The notes under the pieces are model-generated. The model was given only the letters and a program-made list of their open reading frames with translations. It had not been told where the DNA came from and ran no database searches. This document shows, piece after piece, positions 48,103 to 57,252 of a DNA stretch of 59,681 nt; position 1 is the first letter of the stretch, and each line of letters starts with the position of its first letter. Source of the stretch: an uncultured Thermoplasmata archaeon (GTDB lineage Archaea; Thermoplasmatota; Thermoplasmata; Halarchaeoplasmatales; Halarchaeoplasmataceae). The DNA lies in NCBI GenBank assembly GCA_964535805.1, contig CAZHUM010000004.1:1-59681 (forward strand). Direction: 5' to 3'. A program made the position numbers and the translations under genes.

Positions 48103-49431
48103 CTAGCTCGAGTCGTCCCTTTCCCACGGAAAATTCCGGTCGAAGAAACGATTCATGGGCACTGGATGCCCTTCGATCAACCTCTCGTTCTCAAGTATCT
48201 TCATGTCCACCTTTAAGATCGGGTTGATGTCGCTACCCATATCGATGTTCTTAACGGTTTCATCGATCACGTCGACGGCGGTTGGATTCTTCCTTGCTCG
48301 ATCGACCATGAGCCTACCGTTCTCTATGTAGATATCGTCACCGTATTTTTTCGAGAAGTTGACGGAATGGCTGTGCCATACAGGTGGGCCAATGTGTTTC
48401 TCCATCTGACACAACTGACCCTCGTTCAATTCCATGATGATGAGAACGGAATCATCCAGGACGAAGTAATCCGAGTGGAAAAGATCAAAATCGTTTTCCT
48501 CCATCTGCTTGACAAGGTTTCTTTCGGCCTTTTGAACCTGTGGGTATAGGTTATCTTCTACAACGTCCGGCTTCTTGAACTGCAATGCTATAAGATAAGT
48601 CCCCCTGCTTTTCCAAAGTCCTTTCAATTTTTCATCGGTTCTAGACTTTACCTCATCAGGGAAGAAAAATTCTATCTTTGTATCTTCTAAATATTGTTTT
48701 GCAGCGTACACGAACAGAAAAAGATTGTATCCCGAAAGAGCTGAAGCTACGTTCCGAGCCGGATCAACTGGATCTATAACCACGAGCGGTTCGTCGAATT
48801 TTCCATCACTTTCGACTAATTCGATCCTATGTCCTTTCTTCCATCCTCTTCCCGATTCGAGGACCTCTCTAAAGCCCCCATAATAAATGACCAGCAGTTC
48901 ACATAAGTAGCCAGAAAATCCTCTTACTCGAGATTCGGCGCTGTAGGCACCGATACCTTTCAAGAAGGATTTTAACAGTATCACGTCGTCTTTTTTCTCT
49001 TCGAGCAGATTGGCTCTTATATATTCCGTGTGCAGTGGAGTCCTATCGACCGAAGATTTCATGGCTTCTATGCTGTCTAAAGTGTAGCATGGAACGATGT
49101 CGGCATCGTAGCCCTTGTACGTGCCGTACGTATATGGATGCTCAGCGTACTTTTTTACAGTGTTCTCCAGCAGTTCTTCGCCTATCTCCAGCCCGATCTC
49201 GGCCATCTTCTCTTTCGAGTATTCCAGAGGAAAAAGCACGAACATATCGATATCCGGTTTCTTTGTAAAAGTACCCTTAGCAACCGAGCCTACCAGTATC
49301 GGCGTTAGGTCTTCACCGGCTATCTCAGTTATCTCGTCCTTGAGATCTGAAGCTGCCTGGATGATCTCTTTTCTTTCATCTTCGTCGGGTTTTACCCGTT
49401 CCAGCACTTCCTCCTCTATTTCCGTTCTCAT
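48103..49431 (-). CDS. cca: CCA-adding enzyme (archaeal class I tRNA nucleotidyltransferase)
   Basis: ILVGSVAKGTFTKKPDIDMFVLF (GS...DxD) and archaeal CCA length and fold pattern. Confidence 0.9.
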   Translation of the reverse strand: MRTEIEEEVLERVKPDEDERKEIIQAASDLKDEITEIAGEDLTPILVGSVAKGTFTKKPDIDMFVLFPLEYSKEKMAEIGLEIGEELLENTVKKYAEHPYTYGTYKGYDADIVPCYTLDSIEAMKSSVDRTPLHTEYIRANLLEEKKDDVILLKSFLKGIGAYSAESRVRGFSGYLCELLVIYYGGFREVLESGRGWKKGHRIELVESDGKFDEPLVVIDPVDPARNVASALSGYNLFLFVYAAKQYLEDTKIEFFFPDEVKSRTDEKLKGLWKSRGTYLIALQFKKPDVVEDNLYPQVQKAERNLVKQMEENDFDLFHSDYFVLDDSVLIIMELNEGQLCQMEKHIGPPVWHSHSVNFSKKYGDDIYIENGRLMVDRARKNPTAVDVIDETVKNIDMGSDINPILKVDMKILENERLIEGHPVPMNRFFDRNFPWERDDSS

Positions 49432-49493
49432 CGTATGACCAAGGTTTACTCCTTTTAAAAGATTTTTTGTATAGATTACGAAAACCTTTTTAC

Positions 49494-50855
49494 ATGCTTA
49501 CATATGCCATCTGCGGTGTGTTCATGGAAGAAACCGAAGAGATGCTCGAGCAATTAGAGATGGAAGACATAGACGATCTATTTGAAGACATACCTTCAGA
49601 AGTTAGAAAAAACCTAGATCTGCCTGAAGGTCTGAGTGAGATGGAAGTCATCGGCAGGGTGACCGATATCTTAGGGAAAAACAAGCCATTATCCGATCAC
49701 TCCAGTTTCATCGGGGGGGGGATCTACAAACATTTCATACCCTCCTCGGTTTTCGAGATGATCGGAAGGTCGGAGTTCTATACATCCTATACCCCCTATC
49801 AAGCGGAGATAAGCCAGGGGATACTGCAGGCTCTCTTTGAATACCAGAGCCTCATCTGTGAGCTCACGGGCATGGATGCAGCCAACTGCAGCATGTACGA
49901 TTACCATACCGCTTCGGCAGAAGCGCTCATGATGGCGGCTAGGATCGGTAAAAGGAAGAGAAAGAAGATCTTAGTGCCCAAGAACATCCACTGGGAGAAA
50001 CCCGAGGTGTTCAACAACTATCTCCGCGGTATGGACTTCCATGTTGACTACGTAAATTTCGATAAAGACACGGGAGAGATCGACAAGGAAGACCTGAAAT
50101 CCAAGATGTCCGATGAGATACTTGCGTTATATGTAGAAACACCCAATGTTTTCGGCATACTGGAGTCCGACCTGGACTATTTCAAGGATATGAAAGAAGA
50201 TCATAAGACCGTATTGATCGCAGGGACGAACCCCTTGGTCTTATCATTGATGAGACCTCCTTCAGGATGGGGTGCGGACATAGTCGTTGGAGACAGCCAG
50301 CCCTTCGGTATACCACCGTCTTTCGGCGGTCCCACCGTTGGGATATTTGCTACTAGAAGAAAGCACATCAGGAAGATGCCTGGAAGGGTCATCGGAGAAA
50401 CGGTAGATGCCGACGAGAACACCGCTTACTGCATGACCCTTCAGACAAGAGAACAGCACATCAGGAGAGAAAGAGCGACATCCAACATATGTACTAACCA
50501 AGCTCTGATGGCTCTAGCTTCGGCGGTTCACTTATTTTTGAAAGGAGGGAAAGGACTTGAATCCGTCGCCAAGAGGTGTTACGAAAATGCCCATGCATTA
50601 AAAGAAAAGATCGATTCTCTGGACGGATACAATGCGCCTCGTTTTTCCGGTGAATTCTTCAACGAGTTCGCTTTCGATGTCGATAATATGGATGCATTCA
50701 TGGAGAGAGCATCAAAAGTGGAGCTCATACCGGGTGTAGATATCAGTGGAAAGTATGATGGTATGGATTCTGCATTACTGACAGCGGCAACAGAGATCAA
50801 CGGAGAAGAAGACATCGACAAATTCATCCAAGTACTTCAGGAGGTGAAAGGATGA
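49494..50855 (+). CDS. gcvPA: Glycine dehydrogenase (decarboxylating) subunit 1
   Basis: SFIGGGIYKHFIPS, YTPYQAEISQG and TREQHIRRERATSNICTNQAL. Start is uncertain (TTG 49467 / ATG 49494 / ATG 49524). Confidence 0.9.
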   Translation: MLTYAICGVFMEETEEMLEQLEMEDIDDLFEDIPSEVRKNLDLPEGLSEMEVIGRVTDILGKNKPLSDHSSFIGGGIYKHFIPSSVFEMIGRSEFYTSYTPYQAEISQGILQALFEYQSLICELTGMDAANCSMYDYHTASAEALMMAARIGKRKRKKILVPKNIHWEKPEVFNNYLRGMDFHVDYVNFDKDTGEIDKEDLKSKMSDEILALYVETPNVFGILESDLDYFKDMKEDHKTVLIAGTNPLVLSLMRPPSGWGADIVVGDSQPFGIPPSFGGPTVGIFATRRKHIRKMPGRVIGETVDADENTAYCMTLQTREQHIRRERATSNICTNQALMALASAVHLFLKGGKGLESVAKRCYENAHALKEKIDSLDGYNAPRFSGEFFNEFAFDVDNMDAFMERASKVELIPGVDISGKYDGMDSALLTAATEINGEEDIDKFIQVLQEVKG

Positions 50856-52291
50856 GCGATTACAGACAGGCGAGATATGAGAAGCATCTGCTTCTTGAAG
50901 AACACGCTGTTGAGAGGGAAATAGAAGATAACCCGCTTCCAGATAAGATAAGCAGAAAGAAGGCTCCCATGATACCGGACATACCGGAGTACGAGGTCGT
51001 AAGGCACTATACACGACTATCTCAGATGAACTACGGAGTAGATTCCGGGTTCTATCCATTGGGTTCATGCACCATGAAATTCAATCCCAAATACTCGGAA
51101 CTTCTAGCCGGGGAAAAAGAGTCCATAGATATACATCCATATCAACCGGAAAATACCATCCAGGGCACGATGCAGATAATGTACGAACTGCAGAATTTCT
51201 TGGCTGAGATCGGAGGCATGGACGCTGTCACGTTACAGCCTGGAGCCGGGGCTCACGGGGAGATAACGGGTCTGATGATAGTTAACGAGTATCACAAGAG
51301 GAACGGCGACGAAGGAAGGAACGAGATCGTGCTGCCGGATACATCTCACGGAACGAACCCTGCCAGTGCAGCCATGCTCGGATACCGCACCGTGGAGATA
51401 CCATCCAACGAAGGTTGTGTGGATCTAAAAGCACTCCAGGAATCCGTTTCTGATAAGACCGCTGCTTTCATGCTGACAAATCCGAATACGCTAGGTCTTT
51501 TCGAAGAAGACGTTTGTGAGATAGCTGACATCGTGCACGAAGCCGGTGGGTTGCTCTACTATGACGGAGCAAACTTGAACGCTATCATGGGTAAGACCAA
51601 CCCTGGAATGATGAACTTCGATATCATGCACTTCAACCTTCATAAAACCTTCAGCACTCCACACGGTGGAGGCGGACCCGGGGCTGGACCGGTGGGCGTG
51701 GTAGAGAAACTGCGTTCTTACCTACCGACTCCGATAGTTTCTAAAGATGATGGACGATACTATCTAGACTACGATCTGGAAAATTCGATCGGTCGTGTGA
51801 AAGGATTCCACGGCAGCTGGATCGTGCTGCTCAAGGCTTACTGCTATATATTGAGGAACGGGGGGCCAGGTTTGACTTCCGCTTCTGAAAGGGCCGTGTT
51901 GAACAGCAACTATCTCAGAAGTAAGCTGGAGAAGATACTCGATATGCCCTATAAGTCACTAAAAAAGCACGAATTCGTCCTCTCTGGCAAGTGCATGAGG
52001 GATAAAGGAGTGAAAACCGTGGATATCGCTAAGCGGCTGCTGGATTACGGACAGCATGCACCTACGGTTTATTTTCCTCTCATAGTTGAAGAAGCGCTGA
52101 TGATAGAGCCTACGGAAACAGAAAGAAAGGAAACGCTGGACGCCTTTGCAGAGATCATGGAAACGATCGTGAACGAAGATCCAGAACTCCTTAAGAACGC
52201 TCCGCAGAATACGGCAGTGAAAAGAGTGGATGAAACCAGAGCGGTCAAAAATCCGGTTTTGAGCTATAAGATGAGGGATGAAGATGGATAA
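50852..52291 (+). CDS. gcvPB: Glycine dehydrogenase (decarboxylating) subunit 2
   Basis: LGSCTMKFNPK and HFNLHKTFSTPHGGGGPGAGPVGV (PLP-Lys). 4-nt overlap with gcvPA. Confidence 0.95.
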   Translation: MSDYRQARYEKHLLLEEHAVEREIEDNPLPDKISRKKAPMIPDIPEYEVVRHYTRLSQMNYGVDSGFYPLGSCTMKFNPKYSELLAGEKESIDIHPYQPENTIQGTMQIMYELQNFLAEIGGMDAVTLQPGAGAHGEITGLMIVNEYHKRNGDEGRNEIVLPDTSHGTNPASAAMLGYRTVEIPSNEGCVDLKALQESVSDKTAAFMLTNPNTLGLFEEDVCEIADIVHEAGGLLYYDGANLNAIMGKTNPGMMNFDIMHFNLHKTFSTPHGGGGPGAGPVGVVEKLRSYLPTPIVSKDDGRYYLDYDLENSIGRVKGFHGSWIVLLKAYCYILRNGGPGLTSASERAVLNSNYLRSKLEKILDMPYKSLKKHEFVLSGKCMRDKGVKTVDIAKRLLDYGQHAPTVYFPLIVEEALMIEPTETERKETLDAFAEIMETIVNEDPELLKNAPQNTAVKRVDETRAVKNPVLSYKMRDEDG

Positions 52292-53000
52292 GATACCGGT
52301 CATATCGATCTCAGGGGAAAAGAAAACGGGTAAAACCGGTATAGTTACTCAATTGATACGAATATTATCGGAGAAAGGATATAAGACCGCGAGCGTAAAA
52401 CACACCAAAGGTGATCACGGCATGGACAACGAGGGGACGGACACCTGGAAGATGAGAGAAGCCGGGTCCGAATTGGTTGTGTTCTCCACACCCAGTGAGA
52501 CATCGTTCATCTATGGATCCGATATGGACCCCCAGGACATAATCTCGGTGATATGTGATCTTGAAGAATTCGATATCGTTGTAATAGAAGGTATGAAGGA
52601 TGAAACGTTCGACGAAATAGATCTAGCTACTCGTTTAGATACTGCGGACGATCTAGACATAGATGATTTGGTAGAAAAAACGGTAGAAGAGATCGAGATT
52701 GCAGGTGTTTACAACCAACTTCCTGGTCTTGATTGTGGGAAATGCGGATATCCTAGCTGCTGGGATTTCGCTAGAGCTGTCTATAAAGGTGAGAAACCGC
52801 TCGACGGATGTGAGAATATCGATACGTCCGGTGTGAAAATGAAAATCGATGGCAAGGATGTCTATCTGAGTCCCTTCCCTGCGTCATTCGTGAAGAACTC
52901 TATCAAAGGCATGATAAAATCACTGAAGGGTGTGGAAGAACCAAATAATATCAAGATCGAGATAACAGAGGAAAACGATGATCGATGTATTCGGTGCTGA
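52278..53000 (+). CDS. MobB-like P-loop protein fused to a putative Fe-S cluster domain
   Basis: VISISGEKKTGKTG, SVKHTKGDH and GTDTWKMREAG (MobB pattern), then LPGLDCGKCGYPSCWDFARAV (RnfB/CdhD-type Fe-S motif) and a further Cys (DGCENID). Confidence 0.65.
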   Translation: MKMDKIPVISISGEKKTGKTGIVTQLIRILSEKGYKTASVKHTKGDHGMDNEGTDTWKMREAGSELVVFSTPSETSFIYGSDMDPQDIISVICDLEEFDIVVIEGMKDETFDEIDLATRLDTADDLDIDDLVEKTVEEIEIAGVYNQLPGLDCGKCGYPSCWDFARAVYKGEKPLDGCENIDTSGVKMKIDGKDVYLSPFPASFVKNSIKGMIKSLKGVEEPNNIKIEITEENDDRCIRC

Positions 53001-53454
53001 GTGTGAAGAGGATATAAATCTGGATGAGCTTATCGTACGAGTGGAAGAATTCAGGGGCGAGCACGATCGCTTTTTCCAGTTGTTCGATCCTGACATGGTA
53101 GTATGTAAAGAACATCTGGAATGGGCGTACGATAAAGCGGTGTACTGCTTGGAGAACGGATACAACAGGGCTGATAACCTCGAGATTGAGATGCTCCTTT
53201 GGTCATCCGGGGAAATGCAGATAAAGAACGCAATAAAGAAGATGGGAGTAAAGGATGGTTGTAAAAAGATGATAGCAGCAACTGATGCCGATATCGATTT
53301 GGTTTTAGCTGAGATGAACTGGAAAAGGGATGATTCCATCCTCTCACCCTCTATAGAGAAGCTGAAAAACTACGGTGTAACAGAGAGTGAATTAGAAACA
53401 ACCGAGGACCCACTGGATCTGGTATTCGAGAAGATGGCTACTTCCCTTTTATAA
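52978..53454 (+). CDS. cgi121: KEOPS complex subunit Cgi121
   Basis: About 158 aa with FFQLFDPDMVVCKEHLEWAYDKAV...NLEIEMLLWSSGEMQIKNAIKKMG, the pattern typical of archaeal Cgi121. Confidence 0.7.
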   Translation: MIDVFGAECEEDINLDELIVRVEEFRGEHDRFFQLFDPDMVVCKEHLEWAYDKAVYCLENGYNRADNLEIEMLLWSSGEMQIKNAIKKMGVKDGCKKMIAATDADIDLVLAEMNWKRDDSILSPSIEKLKNYGVTESELETTEDPLDLVFEKMATSLL

Positions 53455-53483
53455 AATAAAAGAAAAGAGATTAGAAAGAGTTT

Positions 53484-54587
53484 CTACTCAGTGTCTTCGA
53501 ACCTATCGCTCAGGCCTTTCATGACTCCGGGCAGAGTTGTGTACTCCATCTCTTCCAAGGGCAATCTGTGTGGTTCGAATGGTCCGTGGCTTCTCATGTA
53601 ATCCGCGATCTCTGCTGATTTCTTCCTTGCAGGATCATATGCTGGATCATCGAATAGATCTGCTGGTTCACCGAATTTGCCGTTCTTCAGCTGCCAGCCT
53701 AGACCGACTACTCTCGGAGGTCCGTCGAATCTCGTGCACATGGCGTTTTTCACACCAACGGGCATGATCGGTCCGTTGTGCGAGCCTCTCATCCATCCGG
53801 AAACCAGGTATGGATTAGCGAAGGGCTCGAGTACTTCACCCAATGCAGGTAATCCAGATTGTGCTCTTACAACAGCTACAGGATCGTCCTTACCGACGTA
53901 CTCGCCCGCGATCTGATACAGTTTTTCAGTACTCACAGCAGCTACTGGTTCATCACCCGGTAGTTTACCTTCTTTTGGATATACTCTCTTGATGACGAAT
54001 CTTCCCTTGGCACCTATCAATGCCAGGATGTCGTACATCTCCTCCGGGCTCTCCATCATTATCTTCTTGGATTCCTTTATATCCCAAATCTCGAAAACGA
54101 ATCCATTATGGATAGATGGGTCTATGACAAGTCCGGCTGTGTTGAACGGGTCAGCGAAGATCTTGAAAATAGGGTAGTTGAAAGCACCGGGTTCTGTCTT
54201 GTCCATCAAGAAACCGACCATGGGTTCCGCCTTTCTTTCGGTGAACTCCATCTCGGCTATGCCGGGTCCCATGCCTCTGACGTTCCCAGAGAACGCATCG
54301 GATAGAAGGTCCTGTCCTGCGCCGTAGAGTCCCAATTCCTTTGCTTTTTCAGTAGCAGATTGGAATGTATCCCACGCAAGTGAATGTATCTTCTCTGAGT
54401 CCTCACCTTCTTTGTGGGACATCAAGAGTTCTAGATCATCGCCGCACTTTGTAACGTGATAAGATATCAATCTGTTGCTCTTGCTCAATTTTTCTTCAGC
54501 TACTTTTATAAGTTCAGGGTGCACTGTAGAGTGCCCTGGGTAGCCGCCCACATCCGCTTTTATTATGCTGAATGTTATCTTGCTCAT
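53484..54587 (-). CDS. fbp: Fructose-1,6-bisphosphate aldolase/phosphatase (class V FBPase)
   Basis: MSKITFSIIKADVGGYPGHS N-terminus from ATG 54587 (track ORF starts at TTG 54611); conserved core throughout. Confidence 0.95.
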   Translation of the reverse strand: MSKITFSIIKADVGGYPGHSTVHPELIKVAEEKLSKSNRLISYHVTKCGDDLELLMSHKEGEDSEKIHSLAWDTFQSATEKAKELGLYGAGQDLLSDAFSGNVRGMGPGIAEMEFTERKAEPMVGFLMDKTEPGAFNYPIFKIFADPFNTAGLVIDPSIHNGFVFEIWDIKESKKIMMESPEEMYDILALIGAKGRFVIKRVYPKEGKLPGDEPVAAVSTEKLYQIAGEYVGKDDPVAVVRAQSGLPALGEVLEPFANPYLVSGWMRGSHNGPIMPVGVKNAMCTRFDGPPRVVGLGWQLKNGKFGEPADLFDDPAYDPARKKSAEIADYMRSHGPFEPHRLPLEEMEYTTLPGVMKGLSDRFEDTE

Positions 54588-54691
54588 TATATCCCTATTT
54601 CGGGGTATCAAAAGGTTACATAAAAGTCTATCGATAACAATCGTGTAGAATCATAAGGTTTTTAAGTCTCTATCTTGGTTTAAATATTTAC

Positions 54692-55036
54692 ATGTCAAAG
54701 AAGTGGATAGAGGGTTATCGATTCGGGAAGATCAAGATCGATGGTGAAGTGTATACGGATGATGTCATCCTGCTCGACAAAGACGTAGAATCGGGATGGT
54801 GGAGAGAGAGAGGACACTCGGTAAATCTATCAGACCTGGAAAAGATCATAGAATTCAACCCGGAGCGTTTGATCATCGGCACAGGGAGTGGGGGCAATAT
54901 GAGAGTACCCGACCATGTTATCGATGAGTTGGGTTTCGATGTAGAAGTACACCCTACCGAGAAAGCGTGTGAAAGATATAATCAGGAGTTAGACCGTGAT
55001 AAAAAGATAGCTGGAGGGTTCCATCTTACCTGCTGA
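54692..55036 (+). CDS. Mth938-like (DUF498) domain protein
   Basis: FGKIKIDGEVYTDDVILL...W...HSVNLSDL...PERLIIGTGSGG pattern. Confidence 0.7.
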   Translation: MSKKWIEGYRFGKIKIDGEVYTDDVILLDKDVESGWWRERGHSVNLSDLEKIIEFNPERLIIGTGSGGNMRVPDHVIDELGFDVEVHPTEKACERYNQELDRDKKIAGGFHLTC

Positions 55037-55045
55037 TGCATTAAA

Positions 55046-55771
55046 TTACTCGAAATAATTCTTCAGCACACCGATCCCTTCGATCTCGATCTCTACAACA
55101 TCTCCACTGCTTATAGGTCCTACTCCGGCGGGAGTGCCTGTCGAGATGATATCTCCTTGCTCTAGTGTCATATAGGTGGTGATCTCTTCTATCAACTCGG
55201 GGACCGAGAAGATCAGGTTATCGATCGTCGAGCTCTGCTTCACTTCACCGTTCAATCTAGACTCGATACTCGCATCATCTGGCACTTCATCGACTGTGGC
55301 AAGAACCGGCCCGCACGGTGCTGAATTATCGAATGCTTTTCCCCTGATCCAGTTCTGTTCTATCCTCTGGTCGTCCCTGTTTGAAAGGTCGTTGAGACAG
55401 GTGTACCCAGAAACGTAGTTCATGGATTCTTCGATATCCACGTTCCTGCACTGTTCCCCGATGATGACTGCAAGCTCTGCTTCGTGATCGATCCTTTCCT
55501 TCCCCTTTAGAAGCTTGACCGTATCGAGATGAGCAGATAACGAATTTGGAGGTTTTAAGAACAATTTTGGTCTATCCGGAACCTCTTTCCCTGTCTCCTC
55601 GGCGTGGTCGGCGTAATTTAGACCTATGCACACTATCTTAGACGGATCAGACGGCGGTAGAAATCTGATTTCATCTAAATCATACTCTATCCCACAGTAA
55701 ACGATCTTATGGCCTATCAGTTTTCCACACCTCCTGGAGCCTGCTGGATCTAAAAATCGTACGTATTTCAT
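55046..55771 (-). CDS. Fumarylacetoacetate hydrolase (FAH) family protein
   Basis: KIVCIGLNYADHAEE, HEAELAVIIG and GDIISTGTPAGVG. Confidence 0.9.
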   Translation of the reverse strand: MKYVRFLDPAGSRRCGKLIGHKIVYCGIEYDLDEIRFLPPSDPSKIVCIGLNYADHAEETGKEVPDRPKLFLKPPNSLSAHLDTVKLLKGKERIDHEAELAVIIGEQCRNVDIEESMNYVSGYTCLNDLSNRDDQRIEQNWIRGKAFDNSAPCGPVLATVDEVPDDASIESRLNGEVKQSSTIDNLIFSVPELIEEITTYMTLEQGDIISTGTPAGVGPISSGDVVEIEIEGIGVLKNYFE

Positions 55772-55847
55772 GGGATAATTATAAACTAAAGATATAAAAA
55801 CGTTCTCAAGGATAAATTATAAAAGCCTAAGTACCTTCGAACATCCG

Positions 55848-56498
55848 ATGGATAGATTTCAGAAGGTGCTAGTGGCCATCATCTGTTTACTCATCGGTAT
55901 AGCGATAGTTTTATTATTCGAAGATGTCATCAGATACATAGCACCATTCTTCATAGGTTATCTCCTCTACCAACTGTTAGCCAGTGAAGATAAATACAGG
56001 ATGATGGACAGCGTAAAAGTCCTATTCAATCTAGGAACCACCATAGAGGAAGTTTACTTGATCAGAAACGATGGAATCCTGCTGACCCACCACACTAGAA
56101 GGTTGAAACCGTATACCGACCAAGACATACTAGCGGGTATGTTAAAAGCTATCACAAATTTCGTGAAAGAAGCGTTTCCAACACACGGTTCTACGGATCT
56201 GAACGAGATAAAATTCAAGGATAAAGAGATCCAGATCGCTACGGGAAAATTGGTCACCTTGGCGGTAGTTATCTCAGGCGAAGACAAGGAAGGGACGAGA
56301 AAACAGATGAAACAATGCGTCTTGGACTTGGAGAAAAACTGTGCCAAGACGATCAATGGATACTCCTGTAAGATGGAAGAAACGAAAAGGCTGGAAAAAT
56401 ACATCAATAAATTCATCGAAGGTGATTATTCCGCGACAGGTTCTACCTATAGGTACGTTAAGAGAAAGGTACAGAAAGACAGTAGAAACTCAAGATAA
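55848..56498 (+). CDS. Membrane-anchored protein with a possible roadblock/LC7 (MglB-like) domain
   Basis: Two N-terminal hydrophobic helices, then VYLIRNDGILLTHH...DILAGMLKAITNFVKEAF...LVTLAVVISGED. Domain call is from pattern memory only. Confidence 0.4.
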   Translation: MDRFQKVLVAIICLLIGIAIVLLFEDVIRYIAPFFIGYLLYQLLASEDKYRMMDSVKVLFNLGTTIEEVYLIRNDGILLTHHTRRLKPYTDQDILAGMLKAITNFVKEAFPTHGSTDLNEIKFKDKEIQIATGKLVTLAVVISGEDKEGTRKQMKQCVLDLEKNCAKTINGYSCKMEETKRLEKYINKFIEGDYSATGSTYRYVKRKVQKDSRNSR

Positions 56499-56525
56499 CT
56501 CAAAATATTTATTAACTAGTTTTAA

Positions 56526-56555
56526 TTTTTATTTTCGCAGGCTCAAAGAAAAAAT
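56526..56555. repeat. Direct repeat copy 1 (30 nt; 27/30 identical to 56891-56920)
   Basis: TTTTTATTTTCGCAGGCTCAAAGAAAAAAT compared with TTTTTCTTTTCGCAAGCTCAAAGAAGAAAT. Confidence 0.8.
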
Positions 56556-56890
56556 TACCCCTTTCAATAATTTCATCCGCTCCGCTACTGAAATAATTGA
56601 ATGCTACCGGACTATCGTCCACCCACTTTTATTTCATCAAAGATAAAATAATGATCGAAGAACAATTCCCACTTTCACTCGTTCAAAGAACTCATGATCT
56701 TCAGGAACACGGTGTGTTCCTTCGATTTTCAATATCTTCCACCCTGTTTCAGATATGTGAAAATCCGCAGGAACTCGCTACACTCGCTCCTCCTACTTTT
56801 TTACTTCCCTCACTGCGCTCGTGAAGAAGTAATCCTTCTTATACTTCGAGCAAAGCTCTCGTACACGGAGGAACAAGTTCCTCCTATCCA

Positions 56891-56920
56891 TTTTTCTTTT
56901 CGCAAGCTCAAAGAAGAAAT
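56891..56920. repeat. Direct repeat copy 2, immediately 3' of tRNA-Leu (minus-strand pyrimidine-rich hairpin, possible terminator)
   Basis: Minus strand reads TTTCTTCTTT-GAGCTTGCG-AAAAGAAAAA, starting 4 nt after the tRNA discriminator. Confidence 0.8.
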
Positions 56921-56923
56921 GAA

Positions 56924-57008
56924 TGCGAGGGAAGGGATTTGAACCCTCGGACACCTACGTGACAGGATCTTAAGTCCTGCGCCTTTGGCCATGCTTGGCT
57001 ACCCTCGC
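56924..57008 (-). tRNA. tRNA-Leu (anticodon UAA), 85 nt, long variable arm, no intron, CCA not encoded
   Basis: Minus strand: GCGAGGG-TA-GCC..GGC-G-CAGGA-CTTAAGA-TCCTG-TCACGTAGGTGTCC-GAGGG-TTCAAAT-CCCTT-CCCTCGC-A. Confidence 0.95.
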
Positions 57009-57046
57009 TTTAGGAGCGAAAGAATTGAGCGGATAAAGGGAGAGTG

Positions 57047-57080
57047 AGGAGGAATTTATAATTCCTGCGCTACCCTCGCA
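57047..57080 (-). pseudogene. tRNA-Leu-like mini-copy (acceptor 5' strand plus anticodon-arm-like hairpin, D-arm deleted) about 40 nt upstream of tRNA-Leu
   Basis: Minus strand reads GCGAGGGTA|GCGCAGGA-ATTATAA-ATTCCT, versus GCGAGGGTA[GCCAAGCATGGCCAAAG]GCGCAGGA-CTTAAGA-TCCTG in the tRNA. Confidence 0.5.
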
Positions 57081-57252
57081 ATTTGGAGTGAGCTTATGCG
57101 AATTTCGAGAGTGTTTTGGGTGCTTTGCTCCCGATTGCCACTCGCTGTGAGAAAATGCCTGGCATTTTATTGCTGCGAATCCGCTCTTTCAATCGAAATC
57201 TGTAAATCCACTATCATATAAAAGTTTGATTGTCCTGGTCAATAAGTATCAT

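Noticed and set aside
56341-56992. Track ORFs 56341..56646, 56597..56824, 56694..56942 (+) and 56810..56992 (-)
   Set aside because: They overlap each other, the repeat and hairpin region and the tRNA-Leu gene. No start context or recognisable motifs are present. They are treated as non-coding.
57081-57200. A second intron-containing tRNA or other known ncRNA upstream of tRNA-Leu (8-bp long-range pairing GAGCGGAT/ATCCGCTC encloses about 150 nt)
   Set aside because: I could not fold a cloverleaf: there is no T-loop GTTCRANYC and no consistent acceptor/T-arm. I also found no RNase P or SRP signature motifs. It is left as part of the unexplained non-coding block rather than called as a gene.
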